Source of the DNA: Eledone cirrhosa
Taxonomy: Eukaryota
DNA length: 64,000 nt
Assembly: GCA_964016885.1 (NCBI GenBank)
Contig: OZ024760.1
Span: forward strand, 15,252,001 to 15,316,000
Reading direction: 5' to 3'
The notes under the pieces were generated by a model. It searched no databases. It was not told the origin of the DNA and saw only the letters and a program-made list of their open reading frames with translations. Below are positions 26,103-42,001 of this stretch, piece after piece; position 1 is the stretch's first letter; every line of letters starts with the position of its first letter. The position numbers and the translations under genes were made by a program.

Positions 26103-27230
26103 ACACCACCACCACCACCAACACCACCACCACCAACACCACCACCACCAACACCAATACCAACACCACCACCAACACCACCAACACCACCAACACCAAC
26201 ACCACCACCACCACCAACACCACCACTACCAACACCACCACCACCAACACCACCACCAACACCAATACCAACACCACCACCACCAACACCACCACCAACA
26301 CCAATACCAACACCACCACCAACACCACCACCACCAACACCAATACCATCACCAACAACAACACCACCACTACCAACACCACCACTACCAACACCAATAC
26401 CAACACCACCACCAACACCACCACCACCAACACCAATACCATCACCAACAACAACACCACCACCACCAACACCACCACTACCAACACCACCACTACCATC
26501 ACCAACACCACCAATACCATCACCAACAACAACACCACCACCAACACCACCAACACCACCACTACCATCACCAACACCACCACCACCGACATCACCAACA
26601 CCACCACCACCACCATCAACAACAACAATACCAATACCATCATCATCACCACCAACACCACCACCACCATCAACATTACCACCACCACCACCACTACCAT
26701 CACCACCACCACCACTACAACCAACACCACCACCACCATCAACAACAACAGTACCAACACCATCACCACACCCAACATCACCACCAACACTACTACCACC
26801 ACCACCACCACCACCACCATCAACATTACCACCACCACCACCACTACCATCACCACCACCACCACCACAACCAACACCACCACTACCATCACCAACAACA
26901 CCACCACCACCATCAACAACAACAGTACCAACACCATCATCACCACCAACATCACCACCAACACCACTACCACCACCATCATCACCACCATCAACATTAC
27001 CATCACCACCAACACAACCACTACCAGCACCATCATCAACATTACCGCCACCAGCACAACCAACACCAACACCATCATCAACATTACCACCACCACAACC
27101 AACACCACTACCACCACCACCATCACCAGCAACAACTCTACCAACACCACCACCACCACCAACAACACTAACACTAACACCAACACCACCACCAACATCA
27201 ACAACACTACCACCATCATCACCACCATCT
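26103..27230. repeat. (ACC/AAC)n degenerate trinucleotide array
   Basis: Direct observation; a similar array lies at 30481-30910. Confidence 0.95.
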
Positions 27231-28339
27231 TTAACCCTTTAGCAACCAGTCAGACTTCTCTCACCTCCTGCTGTTCAAACCGGCCGTAACTTGCTACTCA
27301 TACTGATGTTAAGGTATTGTTCTCAAAATAAATCACATCAAAATCTCATAGATTCGATATTATATGAAATAATTATGTGAGGCCTTTACCATGAAAATAC
27401 AATAGTATATCTAGAGTAATGTAAATGCTATGTGAGATAATTAAGTAAAATAAAGCCTTTACCATGAAAATACAATAGTATATATAGAGTAATGTAAATG
27501 CTATGTGAGATAATTAAGTAAAATAAAGCCTTTACCATGAACATACAATAGTATATATAGAGTAATGTAAATATTATGTGAGATATTATGTGAGGTAAAG
27601 ACTTTACTGTGAAAATACAATGTATATATAGAGTAATGTAAATGCTATAGGGTTAAACTAAACAGTTTTGTAACTTAGCACTAAAGGTGGTTTGAGACTG
27701 GTGTCAAAAGGATTAATACTATACTGTCTGTGACAAAGGACATGATAGCTATGTAAACCTAGTGAATGACAAGTCTTATTATTCTGGTGCAAATAATTAG
27801 AACTGTAAAGATATATGAGAACTTTCTAAAGTTCAACCCGTAATATTAGATGGTTCTTGTCTTTATTTAAATGAGGAAATCTTGTTGTAGCTTAGAAACC
27901 AGGTTCTATCTTGGTTTGTTTAGCTTGTGCATTTGTTTTTGTATGTGTTTGTATGTGTGAGTGTGGGTGTATGTTTGAGTATGTGAGTTTGTGTGTATGT
28001 TTGTGTGTGTGTGTTTGAGTGTGTGAGTTTGTTTGTGTGAGTGTGTGCGTCTGTTTGAGTGTGTGCGTTTGTGTGTGTCTGTGTGTATGTTTGTGTTTGA
28101 GTGTGTCTGTGTGAGTGTATGTGTGTGTTTGTGTGTGCGAGTGTATCTGTGTGTTTGTATATGTATGTATGTGTGTTTGTTAGTGTATGTGTGTGCTTGA
28201 GTGCCTGTGTCTGTGTGTTTGAATGTCTTTATAATATATGTATCATCATCATCATTTGATATATAATTTCCATGTTTACATGTGTTACATGGTTTGTCAT
28301 GTTCTGAGGCAAGACTGGTTAGGTCACCAATTCTTGCTT

Positions 28340-28372
<33 letters not shown>

Positions 28373-28561
28373 TATATATACACACACATCATCATCATCA
28401 TCATCATTTTACGTCCGCTTTTCCCTGCTTGCAAGGGTGGGACGGGTCCTGTTCAGCACAACATCTCTCCACTCGCCACAGTCCTTCGTCATCTCCACCG
28501 TCAGCTTCAGCCATCTGAGGTCTGCTCTCACCACAAAATATATATATATATATATATATAC

Positions 28562-28592
<31 letters not shown>

Positions 28593-28599
28593 CACATAC

Positions 28600-28920
28600 A
28601 TATATACTTGGTGGCTGCCAACTCGTTTTCGAGTACGGCCACTACTTTATACCCATGTAGGAGAACCCCTACCGATACGCTGAACGAATGTGACTGTTTT
28701 AGTCCAGCCAGCGACTTGAAAACTCTGGTACAAACACTACACTTGTGACAATTACTGACACATAGTGCTGGGCCCATGGTACCATGTGACGACAAGTGCA
28801 GAGAGATCTCCAGATATAAAGCAATGCCTGTGCCGTGAAGCTTTTATAGTGAGCAAAGGCACTGCACAAAGCCAGTCCCACTCTCTTAACCAAGATGGTA
28901 TTTACCAAAAAGAAGAACAC
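28600..28920 (-). mobile_element. Degenerate RTE LINE 3' end with C2H2-like knuckle
   Basis: CSVCTRVFKSLAGLKQSH, typical of RTE C-termini. Confidence 0.55.
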
Positions 28921-31538
28921 ATATACTTACATATATATATACACACGTACATACATACATCTGCACACACACACACAGACACACACACACACTCACACAC
29001 ACACACACATTCATATAACCATATACAAACATATGTATATGAACACACAGACATACACACATGTACACACATATGCATATACACACACATTCGCACAAGT
29101 AAACATATACAAAGTTTCCTGCTTGACAGTTGACTAATATGTGACTCTACCAAACTACAGGTAGTTAAATACCAATGTAGCCAGCCTGTTGCTTAGAGAT
29201 CAGCAATGTCTGTTTGTCTATAGTTCTCTTGTTAGCTTTAGTATTGTTGTTTAGCCCTAGGTCAGTCCTGATCCAGCAGACCTATATAGTCTCTCTTGTT
29301 AGCTTTAGTATTGTTGTTTAGCCCTAGGTCAGTCCTGATCCAGCAGACCTATAATCAAAGGCCTTTCTAATCATGACTATCCTGTCTCTTTTTTCTCTTT
29401 TTTTTTCTTTTGTTTCCAAACTCACATACAGACACACTGGACCACATGTGTTTCTTGGACTACATTATCTAATGTGACCTTTGGTGGGAGGGAGGCTTCT
29501 AAGACAGTATAAGAACCTTTATGTTATGTTCCAAATATCAGCTAAATAAGGTCAAAGTTAATTAGTTTAAATTTCACAAAATTACTTTCAAAATTATTTG
29601 AAAACTGAAAGCAGTGTCTTTCATTAGAAATCTGGAAACAAAAAAGTTAAAATGTTTATATTTATCTAAAAAACAACCTTCCATCATAGCCCGATAGTGG
29701 GGTTTAGAACCCTCTAAGAAATGGGAAAAGATGAGTGTTGACGTCCCTTAGAACCCGCTAAGAAATGGAAAAAGATGAGTGTTGATGTCCCTTCCATTTC
29801 TTAGAGGGTTCTAAACCCCACTATCAGGCTAAAATTTCTTTAGTCACAAAAATACAGTGAAAGCTTCTATTTCTAATTTCAAACTTGCTCGCTGTTTCAA
29901 AACACAGTCCATCCATCATAATTTCATGTAAGAACTTTTGTTAAGTTGCAAACACCAACTTAATAAGGAGAAAGTTACGTACATTACTAAATCATTCAAA
30001 ATTCTTATTTCCAAAATTATTTGAAAATCAAGGGCGGTGCCCCAGTATGGCCTCAGCCATGTGTCTTTTATTAGAGATATGGTAACGAAATGGAAGGGTT
30101 AACAAAATACTTGAAATTGTGGTCTTAACTCAAGCACACCAGAACCCACTTACTCAACTTGCACTTCTTAAAGAACCCTAGATCCCAAGTTGGGAACTGC
30201 TGCAGGAAGGTGTAATTTGAGTGAGATTTGGTTGCTATTTTTAGTATATTGACTGACCACCTAGAGGCTCCCTGCTGCTGCTGGCATGTCTGTCTGTTCT
30301 TTGTCCTTCAATATTGGAAGAATCTGAAGAGCAGAAACCAATGAAATAAATCAAAAATGTACATTCCAAACAATTAAGCGAGTCTAATTAGTTTCTCTCC
30401 TGACGAGATGTTCTGTTTATTGGACAATGGAGTTTTGATGACTCTTAATGAGTTTAAATCGTATGTCTGTTTGTCTTCTCACCACTGCCACTATTACCAC
30501 CACCACCACCACTATCACCACCACTACCACCACCACCACTAACACCACCACCACTGCCATCACCACTAACACCACCACCAACACCACTAACACCACTACC
30601 ACCACTATCACCACCACTGCCACCACCAACACCACCACCACCACCACCACCACCACCACTAACACCACTATCACCACCACCACCACCACTAACACTACCA
30701 CCACCACTATCACCACCACCACTATCACCACCACCACAATCACCACCACCACTAACACCACCACCACTAACACCACCACCACCACTATCACCACCACCAC
30801 CACCACCACCACTAACACTACCACCACCACTATCACCACCACCACTATCACCACCACCACAATCACCACCACCACTAACACCACCACCACTAACACCACC
30901 ACCACCACCGATACTGACAATATATTGCCCTTTAATAATATAACTTTGTCATTATTAAGCTGCACCATGCTTTGCAGCATAGAGTTATGGCCCTTTACAT
31001 TCTGAGTTCCAATCCCGCCGAGGTTAACTTTGCCTTTCATCCTTACAGGGTCGATTAAATAAAGTACCAGTAATGTACTGGGCTTGATTTAATCGACTTA
31101 ACCTCCTCCCCACAAAATGTTTGGCTTTGTGCCTAAATCAGAAAATATTATTAACCCTCTAGCATTTAAACCGGCCAGATTCAGCAAAAATTCTCTCACC
31201 ACTTTCTGTTCAAACCGGCCGCAACTTGCTACTCATACTGATGTTAAGGTATTATTCTCAAAATAAATAACATCAAAATCTCATAAATTCGATATTATGT
31301 GATGTAAAGCCTTACTGTGAAAATAAAATAGTAAATGTAGCGTAATGTAAATGCTAAAGGGTTAAGCTTCTATTTGGAACATAACATAACAAAAGTTCTT
31401 ACATAGAATTATGATGAAAACTTTTTTTTTAGATAAATATAAACACTTTCCTTCCACCTTCCTCTCTTGATTTCTTCCGCCCAATCTCTGATGATTTTTC
31501 TTCATTTTTTTTTTTTTTCTCTTCCTCCAACCAAACAG

Positions 31539-31671
31539 TATGATGCATCTTATATGTCCGAAACTGGTGAACTATCCACAAAAAGTGGTAAAGTGAAGCG
31601 CAGATTTCGAGAATTCTGTACCCTGCAGCAGAAACTTGAAGAAAACAATGTCTCTAAAAAGTGTCTTAAAG
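31539..31671 (+). CDS. SNX19: Sorting nexin-19-like, first visible coding exon (PX domain start)
   Basis: Polypyrimidine tract + CAG acceptor, then YDASYMSETGELSTKSGKVKRRFREFCTLQQKLEENNVSKKCLK, then G|GTAAGC donor (phase 1). RRF/YxEF is the PX-domain signature. Confidence 0.9.
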
Positions 31672-32982
31672 GTAAGCGCCAATAATTCTTTATTTTATTT
31701 TATTGTATTGTATTTTATTTTATTCATGTTTTTTTTTTTTTGTAAATCAAACAGTTGACTTAACCCTGTAGCATTTAAATCGGCCATATTCGGCCAGAAT
31801 TCTCTCACCTCTTTCTGTTCAAACTAGTCATAACCAGACACTCATACTGATGTTAAGTTATTGTCCTCAAAATAAATAATATCAAAATCTCATAGATTTG
31901 ATATTATGTGAGATAATTATGTAAAATAAAGTGTTTACTGTGGAAATATAATAGTATATATAGAGTAATGTAAATGGTAAAGGGTTAAATCGGCTGAATC
32001 TGGCAAGAATCCTCTCACCTCTTTCAGTTCAAACCGGCTGTAACCAGCCACTCATACTGGTGTTAAGGTATTGTTTGCAAAATAAATAACATCAAAATCT
32101 CATAGATTCAATATTATGTGATATAAAGCCCTTACCACGAAAATACAGTAGTATATAGAGAGTAATGTTAATGCTAAAGGGTTAAGAAGCATTGGAAAAG
32201 TTTGAAATGTGTGGATCCCAACACAAGTAAATATTATAATAGTTGGTCATAATAAATAATAGTTGAGAAAATTAAGTAAAATACTCTAAAGGGTCTTATC
32301 TGCTGCAAGCATTTGGGAAGCAGATCCTCCAACTTCAAGATATCTGTATGTATGTATATGGTTCTGTGTGTATGTATGCCTGTGTGTATGTATGTCTGTT
32401 TGTGTATATCTGTGTAGGTATGCCTGTGTAGGTATGTCTGTGTGTATATATGTATGTATATAAGCATCTATGCCTGTGTGTAGGTATGTCTGTGTCGGTA
32501 TGTCTGTGTGTATATATGCAATCTATGCCTGTGTGTAGTTATGTCATGTATGTATGCCTATGTGTATGAATGCCTGTGTGTAGGTATGTCCATGTATGTA
32601 TACGTGTATGTAGATATGTCCATGTATGTGTATGCCTGTGTGAAGATATATCTATGTATGCATGTGTGTGTTATTTTCCAAAGGCCTCCTTCTCCACACT
32701 GTCCACACCTCTTGCTATATAACATGAAGTGTGTATTGTCTAACTCTATTCCTCAATGGAAGCAATCTTTAATACTAACAAACTGTTTATTTTTCTGTTG
32801 AAGCCATTTCTATTTTCATCCAGCTTATATTTTAATTAACCTACTTTTAATTAATACAAATGATGTTACATATGTCCATACAGACACATATATACATTTA
32901 TATGTGTATATATACATAGCATTAAACTAACATATTCCTTCCATATACTGTACCGATTGTGTTGTTATTTCTGTTTACCTTT

Positions 32983-33019
<37 letters not shown>

Positions 33020-33401
33020 TCATCATCATCATCATCATCAACACCGTTTTACGTCCGTTCTTCCATGCTAGAATGGGTTAGACGGGTTGTCCTGTTGCGG
33101 GCAGTGTCTGGTCGGCTGACCATGCCTTGCTCATACAGCAACTGATTTGGCTTGATTTCTACAGCTGGATGCCCTTCCTAACACCAACCTCATTTACAGT
33201 GAGTGCTGGGTGCTTTTTTTCCGTGGCGCCTACACGTCCACTTTACAGTGGAATGATAGGGACCCCAGTCCTATCATCTCATTTCTACAGCTGAGTAAAC
33301 TGGAGCAATGTGAAATAAAGTGTCTTGCTCAAGGAAACAACACATCACCTGGTCCGAGAATTGAACTCACAACCTTTTGATTGCAAGCCCAATGCTCTAA
33401 C

Positions 33402-33471
<70 letters not shown>

Positions 33472-34558
33472 CAAGTAAGTTTGTTTTGAAACAGCAAGCG
33501 AGTTTTAAAATAGAAATAGAAGCTTTAACTCTCTAAGAAATGGAAAAAGATGAGTATTAACTTGCATGGGACGTCAGTATATATTTATAAATAAATATAT
33601 ATATATATATATCTTACTATACAATGTGCGATATTTAGTTACCCGAATTATCTGTAGGAGTGCTGTTCATACTATATTTACTCCTGTTGAGAAGCCCTGA
33701 GATTCTATGACACAAACTCTGTAGTTTGTCCAGGAGTTTAATAGTTATTGAAATGGTTTGTACATTTTAATTAACTCTTTCCAGTTATTATGTATTTTCC
33801 GTTTTTTTCGTAGATTATATGCATTGCAACATAGTGGTTTTCACACCATTTAGTTTAAAACACACTTCTCTGTGTGTTTATTTAAATATATACAGACCCA
33901 TGCTAGCGTGGATAATGGACGTTAAACGATGATGATGATATATAATTATAATTATTATAATTTAGCCTCGACATAGCTGTATACATACATGTATGTGAAT
34001 TTCGTATATATTGAACAGAAAGATGTGAGAGAATTCTGGCAGGATATGGCCGGTTTAAATGGTAAAAAGTTAACACTTTAACATTTAAACTAGTCATATC
34101 CGGCAAGAATTTTCTCGCCTCTTTCTGTTCAAACCAGCTGTAACTGGTCACACATACTGATGTTAAGGTATTGTTCTCAAAATAAATAATATCAAAATCT
34201 CATAGATTCGATATTATGTGAGATAATTATGGAAGATAAAGCCTTTACCATGAAAATACAATAGTAAATATAGAGTAATGTAAATGGTAACGGGGTTAAT
34301 CATAGCTAAGTCTAAATACAGAGATACATAGAGAGGAAGATAAAGGAATATGTTGCTGGTTCTGTAATAGATATATTTGCAGACTTATAGAGTAGCATTC
34401 ATGACTATCAGCCACTTGTTTTGAATGACAACAAACAATACATTGATCTTATATTTGAGCTGACATCACAATCTCTTGTCACTGTACTTTGACATTATAT
34501 CATACAGAAAGCTTTTTATCATCTCTTCCAAGTAGCTATATATAAATATGTGTGTGTG

Positions 34559-34641
<83 letters not shown>

Positions 34642-34714
34642 ATGTTGTTGTATGTGTGTATATATATGTGTATGTGTACGTGTATGTATGTGTGTGTATG
34701 TGTATGTATGTATT

Positions 34715-34746
<32 letters not shown>

Positions 34747-36080
34747 ATGTGTGTGTATGTATATATGTCTATATATGTGTATGTATATATATATATATAT
34801 ATGTCTGGAGAGGGGGGGGGGGGTTCGAGCGGAAGGTGGTGTGTGTGTGTATGTGTGTAGGTGTGTGTGTATGTGTGTAGGTGTGTGTGTGGATGTGAGA
34901 GTGTGAGAGTTTGGGGGGGGAAGAACAAGGTTCCATGTTGGGGGTAATAGGGAAACCAGTGTGTACATGGGATGGGGTGTAAGTCAGTGTGTGTGTGTGT
35001 GTGTGTGTGTGCGTGTGGATGGAGAGGGGTCAGAGAGATATATATGGAATAGGAAATGAGCCAACACTGCAATCATCATCATCAAGATATATAAACAATC
35101 ATTACACCTATTATAGTCACATCTCAGCCTGCCTCTTGCTTACATTCTAGCTCTCATTATTCTCTCTTCTCTCCATTTTAACCAAAGTTATATATATGTC
35201 TGGAGAGGGGGGGGGGGGGGTCGAGCGGAAGGTGGTGTGTGTGTGTAGGTGTACATACACATACACACACACACATACACACACATATATATAACCTTGG
35301 CAGGATTTCTGAGTTCAAATCCCGCCGAGGTTAACTTTGCCTTTCATCCATACGGGGTCGATAAAATAAAGTACCAGTAATACACTGGAAAATTGCTGGC
35401 CTTGTGCCAAAAGTAGAAACAATTATTCTCTCTTCTCTCCATTTTGTTTCATTTTATTCCTTTTATTGTTGCCTCTCTCATATATCGTCTGTTTGTCTTC
35501 TGACCTTTTCTCATTATTACCAGGCGAGCTATTTCTGTGTACGCTTTAGCAAACATCTATTATTTGAATCCTGAGCATCTGGATTATCCAAACAAGATCT
35601 CAAGGTCAACAACACCCCCCCCCCCTCTCCTCGAGCAACCCCCCAACCCCCCACCTGTGCTACCCTACCTCACTTCACCTCACCTCCAACTTCACCCCAC
35701 CCATACTCCACTGCTACCTCCACCTGTGAATGTTTAAATGAGCCAAACATTTGAGCCAATGTTACTTATGACCAGCCCTGATCTCCTTGTGGTGGTGGTG
35801 GTGGTGGTGGTGGTGGCGGTGGTGGTGGTGGTGGTAGTGATGATGGTGGTGGTGGTGGTGGTGGTGGCGGTGATGGTGTTTGTAAGCTGACCAAGACTAG
35901 CCAACGAAACCTTCCTCCAACTGGCTGACAGTGTTACCCTCCTTCAGTCCAAGCTGGCAGTTTCCAGAACAATCTCTTTTGGGAGGACTGGATAACTGTG
36001 GTTGTGTTTGTCTAAGAGATTGGCTATATATATATGGGCAGAGAGAGAGAGAGAGAAGGTATATATATACATATATATAT

Positions 36081-36119
<39 letters not shown>

Positions 36120-36476
36120 CATAAAGTTGTAGTTCCTGTCTGTTTGTTTGTTCACGGACTCCTCCTATGGTTTTGGAGATAGACCCCCCCCCCCCCATAA
36201 CCATATATATTCTGAAACTACATTGCCCAGGGTACTTGGATAAGTATATTTTATTTTAATCAAAGGGTTCCCTGGGGGGGAGATACAAGCCCCGCTGAAA
36301 ATGTTTTCCCTTTGATTTATATAAAAGATATGATGCCTATTCACAAAAGTTACTATCCGCAGTAAGTAAGGTACTCAATACATAGCAGAGTATAAATATC
36401 TAATATAGAAATGTGGCTTCTACAGGACTTTCCAGATGATTTCCTTCAAATGAAACAGTTCTAGTCCTGTAGAAGC

Positions 36477-36571
<95 letters not shown>

Positions 36572-36864
36572 CACATGGCTGAGTGGTTAGAGCATTGGCC
36601 TTGCAATCGAAAGGTTGTGAGTTCAATTCTCAGACCGGGTGATGTGTTGTTTCCTTGAGCAAGACACTTTATTTCACATTTCTCCAGTTTACTGGGGTCC
36701 CTATCATTCCACTGCAAAGTGGTCGTGGAGGTGCCACGAAAAAGCACCCAGCACCCACTGTAAATGAGGTTGGTGTTAGGAAGGGCATCCAGCTGTAGAC
36801 ATCAAGCCAGAATCAGTTCCTGTCCCACCCTTGCAAGCAGGGAAATAGCGGAGGTAAATTGATG

Positions 36865-36958
<94 letters not shown>

Positions 36959-37195
36959 TAGATAGATAGAGAGAGAATAGGTCAGAGTGATAGCTATATA
37001 GAAAGCAGGCCAGAAAGGAAAATATGGCCTTTCTTCTTTCTCTCTCACCCTCCCTCCCTCTCTCTCCTCTATCTCGCCCCTTCTCTCTCTGAATGTATAT
37101 TTGTATGTGTCTGTGTGTATATATATATATGTGTGTGTGTATGTATATATATGTGTGTGTGTGTGTATATATATGTGTGTGTGTATATATATATA

Positions 37196-37258
<63 letters not shown>

Positions 37259-37982
37259 TTGAATGTGTGTGTGTGTGTGTGTGTGTTTGTGTTTGTTTGT
37301 ATATCTGGCTTTTCCTGACTATATTTAGTTGATCTCTTAGACAAACAGTTGGAGATAAACTGAGACAGGGCTTTGTCTGTCTTTCTAGAACACACCACAC
37401 ACACACTGCACACACATACCACACACACATATACCACACTCACACACACCACTCACACACACATGCCACACACACATACACACACACATATACCACACTC
37501 ACACACACACACACACCACTCACACACATGCCACACTCACACACATACCACACACTCATATACCACACTCACACACACCACTCACACACATACCACACTC
37601 TCACACACACACACACCACACACACACCACACACACCACACATACACACACCACACACACACACACATCACACATACACACATTACACATACACACACAC
37701 CACGCATTCACACACCACACATACACACACACTACACATACACACACACTACACACACCACACATACACACATTACACATACACACACACACCACACATA
37801 CACACACCACACATACACACACCACACATACACATTACACATACACACACACCACACATACACACACCACACATACACATTACACATACACCTGTATTAT
37901 TTTTCCATGTAGATGGCTTGATGACTGCTCTCCCCCCCTCTCTCTCTCTCTCCCTATCTCTCTCTCTCTCTCTCTCCCTCCC

Positions 37983-38069
<87 letters not shown>

Positions 38070-38125
38070 TGGTGGTTGGTTGGGTGAAGATACCAGCCAG
38101 CCACCACCACTAAGGATGAATAAAG

Positions 38126-38160
<35 letters not shown>

Positions 38161-39079
38161 TGTGAGAGAGAGAGAGAGGGGAGGGTCTAAATAGACACAC
38201 AGACAGACAAAGCCAGAGTCTGTCTGTGTGTCTCAACTTATCTTTGGCTAACTTACAAAAATATCCAAATTGTAAAAAGAAAGACACATCTGTCATGTGA
38301 GCCTAGATTTTTTTCTTTTTTTTTTATTGTTTGTGTTTGTTTTCCTTCTTGTTATTGATATTGTTGGCAGCATCGGTAGAGGGTCGGACACCATGCTTTG
38401 CGGCATAGAGTTACGTCCCTTTACGGTCTGAGTTCAAATCTCGCCGCCGAGGTTAGCTTTGCCTTTCATCCTTACGGGGCTCGATAAAATATAGTACCAG
38501 TAATACACTGCAGTAATTGCTGGCCTTGTACCAAAAGTAAAAACAATTTTGCTATTGTTATTATTAGGGCGGCAGTGGATTCTCAGTATCGGTAGAGCGT
38601 CAGACACCATGCTTTGCAGCATAGAGTTATGGCCCTTTGCATTCTGATTTCAAATCGCGCTGAGGTTAACTTTGCCTTTCATCCTTACGGGGGTCGATAA
38701 AATAAAGTACCAGTCACGCACTGGGCTCGATTTAATCGATTTTCCCCTCCCCCAAAATATTGCTGGCCTTGTGGCTGAAGTAGAAATAATTATTACTATT
38801 ATCATCATCATCATTATTAGTATTGGTAGAGGGTCTGACGCCATCCTTTGCAGCATAGAGTCAAGGCCCTTTACATGCTGAGTTCAAATCCCGCCGAGGT
38901 TAACTTTGCCTTTCATCCTTGCAAGGTCGATAAAGTAAAGTACCAGTAATACACTGGGGTAATTGCTGGCCTTGTGCCAAAAGTAGAAACGTTACTATTA
39001 TCACATCATCATCATCATGGAGATTTCCTCCCCCCCCCCTATTGGGGAATTTTTCATTGTTTCAATTTTCATTTTTATT

Positions 39080-39135
<56 letters not shown>

Positions 39136-39684
39136 ATATATATATATATATATGTTTCTATGTCTTTTTTTTCTTTTCTTATATAAATAATAAAAATCTT
39201 TACACGCATAAAACCCACATCGTACCGTCCTGTACCGTCCTGTGCCGGCTGTAATGTCTTCCTTGATGTCAGCCCTTGTGGCCAATAAAGAAATAATCAT
39301 TATTATTATTATTATTATTATTAGTTTACTCAGCTGTAGAAATGAGATGATAGGAACTGGGGTCCCTATCATTCCACTGCAAAGTGGACGTGGAGGTGCC
39401 ACAGCAAAAAAAGCACCCAGCACTCACTGTAAATGAGGTTGGTGTTAGGAAGGGCATCCAGCTGTAGACATCAAGCCAGAATCGGGTTCCCGTCCCACCC
39501 TTGCAAGCAGGGAAATAGCGGAGGTAAAATGAAATGAAATGAAAAAATGATTATCATTATCATGCAAGAGATTCTGCAGGTCATACTGCAATGTTATTGC
39601 TCTGGAAAATTGCCTCATTGTTCTCAACTCTCTCCTTCCTCTTACACCTCCTCTATTGGCCATCTATCTATCTGTCTCTCTGTG

Positions 39685-39751
<67 letters not shown>

Positions 39752-39903
39752 ATATGCATGTCTGTGTGTCCAGCCTATTCTGTTACATTCCTATCAACCG
39801 TATGCCAACCATAAAAAATTTAATTGCTTAAAAGTAACAAAAATATAAAAAATAAAACAACAAAGAAACAATCTAACAAAAAGATTAAAACAACAGCAAC
39901 ACC

Positions 39904-39937
<34 letters not shown>

Positions 39938-41267
39938 GTTCTTTCTAAGATTGGCACAAGGCCAACAATATAACTGGAGGAAAGTGGAAGTTGATTATAT
40001 TGATCCTAGTGCATTACTGGTACTTTATTTTAATGTAAGGATGAAAGGCAAATCTAACCTCGGCAGGATTTGAACTCAGAACGTAAAGGGCCATAACTCT
40101 ATGCTGCAAAGCAAGGTGTCTGACGCTCTACTGCCAAATAATAATAATTGTTTCTACTATAGGCACAAGGCGAACAATTTTAGTGGGGAGGAGAAAGTCA
40201 ATTAAATCGACCCCAGTGTGTGACTGGTACTTTATTTTATCGACCCCGTAAGGATGAAAGGCAAAGTTAACCTCGGCGGGATTAACTTTGCCTTTCATCC
40301 TTACGGGGTCGATAAAATAAAGTACCAGTAATACACTGGGATAATTGCTGGCCTTGTGCCTAACGTAGAAATAATTATTAAGTGGGTTGGCAGTGAAGAG
40401 CATCAGACACCATGCTTTGCTGCATAGAGTTACAGCCCTTTACATTCTGAGTTCAAATCCTGCTAATGTTAGTTTTGCCTTTCATCCTTACGAGGTCGAT
40501 AAAGTGAAGTACCAGTAATGCACTGGGGTCAATTTAATTGACCTTCCCCTTCCGCCAATATTGCTGGCCTTGTGCCAAAAGTAGAAAATAAAATTATGAT
40601 GGAAGGTTTGTATCATAAAACCAGGGGTAATTTCAGGCCTGTATATATAGCTTTGTATCATAGGGGTGGTTCCATGCTGTTTGGTATTCAAAACAGTTAA
40701 TCAAATAACAGTACATTACAAATGTGTATTTTTGGTACCAGTTACGTACTGGGGTTGTTCTTGCACCAATGTTAGATATCATTGGTATTTTAACATGTTT
40801 AGTTACAGTGAAGATTAAATACTTTGTTATTCCACTCTAGCAGATTGTTGACAATGATGTCTGTACTCACCTCTTCTAAACCTCCCCATATTCTCCATGC
40901 TACACTTTTAACCCTTTAGGATTGAAATCAGCCGAATCCGGACACAATTCTCTCCCCTCTTTCTCTTCAAACCTTAATCTTAAATGAACAGCCAGTTACA
41001 GCCAGTTTGAACGAAAAGAGGTGAAAGAATTTTGGCCGGATATGGCCGGTTTAAATGTTAAAGGGTTAACTCTTTAGCATTTAAACCAGCTGTATCTGGC
41101 CAGAACTCTCTCACCTCTTTCTGTTCTAACCAGCTGTAACTGGCCCCTCATACTGATGTTAAGGTATTGTTCTCAAAATAAATAATATCAAAATCTCATA
41201 GATTCAATATAATGTGAGATAATTATGTAAGATAAAGCTTTTACCATGAAAATATAATAGTAAATAT

Positions 41268-41689
41268 CTCAGACTCAGGAGCTCCCGCGTCTTGCGACGC
41301 ATGAGGCAATCATAGTGTTCCACATCGTTCGGTCAGCAACCAGTTGCACAGCGTCCCGCCATTGTCTGTTTGTCGCTCGCAGGTCCCTCTCAACTGTCTG
41401 GCCCCAGTTCATATTGGGTCGCCCTCTCCGTCTGCTTCCCTGCGGGCTCCATTTAAGTACTTGGTTCGCCAGTCTCTCCGGGGGAAGTCTCAAAGCGTGT
41501 TCAAACCAGCCCAGGCATCGCTTGCAAATGGTAGAAGAGACTAGCTGCTGGTTGATGCGGTTCCTGACTTCCTGGTTTGTTACATGGTCACTCCATTTAA
41601 TCCCCAGGATCTTTCGCAGACACCTGGAATCGAATGCGTCCAACTTCTTCTCTTGGCTGGCCTTAAGGTGCCATGTTTCACTTCCGTAC
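41268..41689 (-). mobile_element. RTE LINE 3' fragment nested in a piggyBac MITE
   Basis: YGSETW...LDAFDSRCLRKILGIKW.D.VTN..V...WFEHALRL...GRP; flanked by AATAGTAAATAT / AATAGTATATAT. Confidence 0.85.
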
Positions 41690-41954
41690 AATAGTATATA
41701 TAGAGTAATGTAAATGCTCAAGGGTTAACAGCCAGATGGAGGTGTCGTGGTCCCCTTCCAGGCTAAACTCTCCTCCCACCAACGCCACAATGAATATATA
41801 AATAAATAAACAGCTTGTTTGTTTCTTTGTTGTTGAATTCATGAATATAAGATGATTGCAAATGACATGTACGCATATTAATCATTTTAGCCAGCACAGA
41901 GTGAGGAAATGATTTATGAACACAGATATACAATCTTAATATAAACATCATGTG

Positions 41955-42001
<47 letters not shown>

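Noticed and set aside
26090-27289. Mucin-like, poly-His and extensin-like ORFs of 360-400 aa
   Set aside because: An (ACC)n array open in several frames on both strands, with no splice or domain support.
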